A stretch of 63,397 bases of DNA, the filler included, from Choristocarpus tenellus KU-1152 (taxonomy: Eukaryota > Protista > Phaeophyceae): NCBI GenBank assembly GCA_964200185.2. It is 10 parts of 10 records of this genome, joined end to end, with 100 filler letters (N's around TTAATTAATTAA, not from the genome) between each part and the next. Parts side by side here need not be neighbours in the genome. Positions count along the whole stretch, not along the records: positions 60,556 to 63,397 come from CAXNAD020024281.1; 9 more parts are not named here. The stretch is one strand, 5' to 3'. Within the stretch, counting starts at the first letter, position 1; every line of letters begins with the position of its first letter. Below, in pieces: positions 62,536 through 63,397 of this stretch. The notes beneath the pieces were generated by a model. The model was given only the letters and a program-made list of their open reading frames with translations, was not told the DNA's origin and did no database searches. The translations under genes and the position numbers were made by a program.

Positions 62536-62843
62536 GATTCAAAAGTATCTCAGAGGGAGGAGGGTAGGGTAGAAAAGCCACGCGTACATTTGGGGGGCCA
62601 CAATCCAATGTTGTGATTTTGATGTAATTTTTTTTTGGCCATCGTGTTTGTTAGGGTTTGTTAGGTTTAGAGTTAATGTCCTTGTTCAGGACAACCTTTT
62701 CATTAACGTATACATTCTACCCTATGTAACCCTAAATCCGAAATATTTCGGAGTAAGAAAATGTAATAAAAAAAACCTATGGGAAGCGAAGCCCCAAATG
62801 AACAAACAGGCCAAAACTCGTACCCTCTAAGAAAATTTCACTC
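62536..62843 (-). mobile_element. MITE family A, diverged reverse copy with small insertions
   Basis: GATTCAAAAGTATCTCAGAGGG ... TACCCTCTAAGAAAATTTCACTC. Confidence 0.85.
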
Positions 62844-63397
62844 TTCCCAATCAAATATGACCTCACCAGCCGTGCGTGACGATATCCTCGACATTAACTT
62901 TTTAATTTTACCTATTCTTCGGTGTTAACTATTTCTGCACACATCACATGGGTGATCCTCTTTGGTTGTTACTTACTCCCTGTAGCTGCACTCGAGTTTG
63001 TTTTTTTCTCTACAAAAAAAAAGTATACATACAACTTTTTATTTCTCAAGCGGTGTCTTACTCTTCTGACTAATTTTTTTATTTTTTTTTATTTCAATCA
63101 CGCCCCTTAGAACTCATCAGACCAAGGCAAACGCCCTCGACACAAATAATAATAAAAACTATAATAATAATAATAATAACAAAAAAATGAAATAATAATA
63201 ATATACAAACCGACCATACCACCACTGTACACAAACATCTACTAACGCAGACTACACAAAAAAAAATATAATCTTTAAAACTATACACAACACCAACTAC
63301 CCCAAAAACTTCACTTCTTCCCCCCCCCCTCCCCCCCCCTGAGGAGATATCAACAACAGTTCAGATGCAAGCGCAACCAAGTGAGGGGGGGGGGGGG

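Overview
Intron-rich eukaryotic genomic DNA, not a prokaryotic locus. It is most consistent with a brown alga or a closely related photosynthetic stramenopile (inference from many short spliceosomal exons, flagellar/centriolar genes, a GH81 beta-1,3-glucanase and the repeat types). The window is ten contigs joined by artificial 100-bp linkers (N44-TTAATTAATTAA-N44), so adjacency across gaps is not evidence of real linkage. Most entries in the ORF track are spurious or single exons. Manual splicing gives one complete ELMO-domain (ELMOD) gene. It also gives partial genes for a CCDC191-like protein, a 13-exon orphan coiled-coil protein, an ankyrin/coiled-coil protein, GAS8/DRC4, SAC3/GANP, a PUB-domain UBXN6-like protein, a GH81 glucanase and DIM1. 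Other features are one imperfect tRNA-Thr(AGT), three MITE families sharing a terminal motif and mostly 3-bp TSDs, older hAT-like elements, decayed LTR-retrotransposon gag and minisatellites. The best leads are: an unexplained, highly structured, CpG-preserved ~0.5-kb intronic RNA candidate; telomere-repeat micro-insertions at CCCT/TAGG seeds; CpG decay with island-like promoters; an antisense-nested ELMOD gene; recurrent AG|GCAAG donors; and a perfect 39-bp intronic hairpin. All protein assignments come from motif recognition by eye, not from database searches. No complete novel multi-gene system can be claimed.
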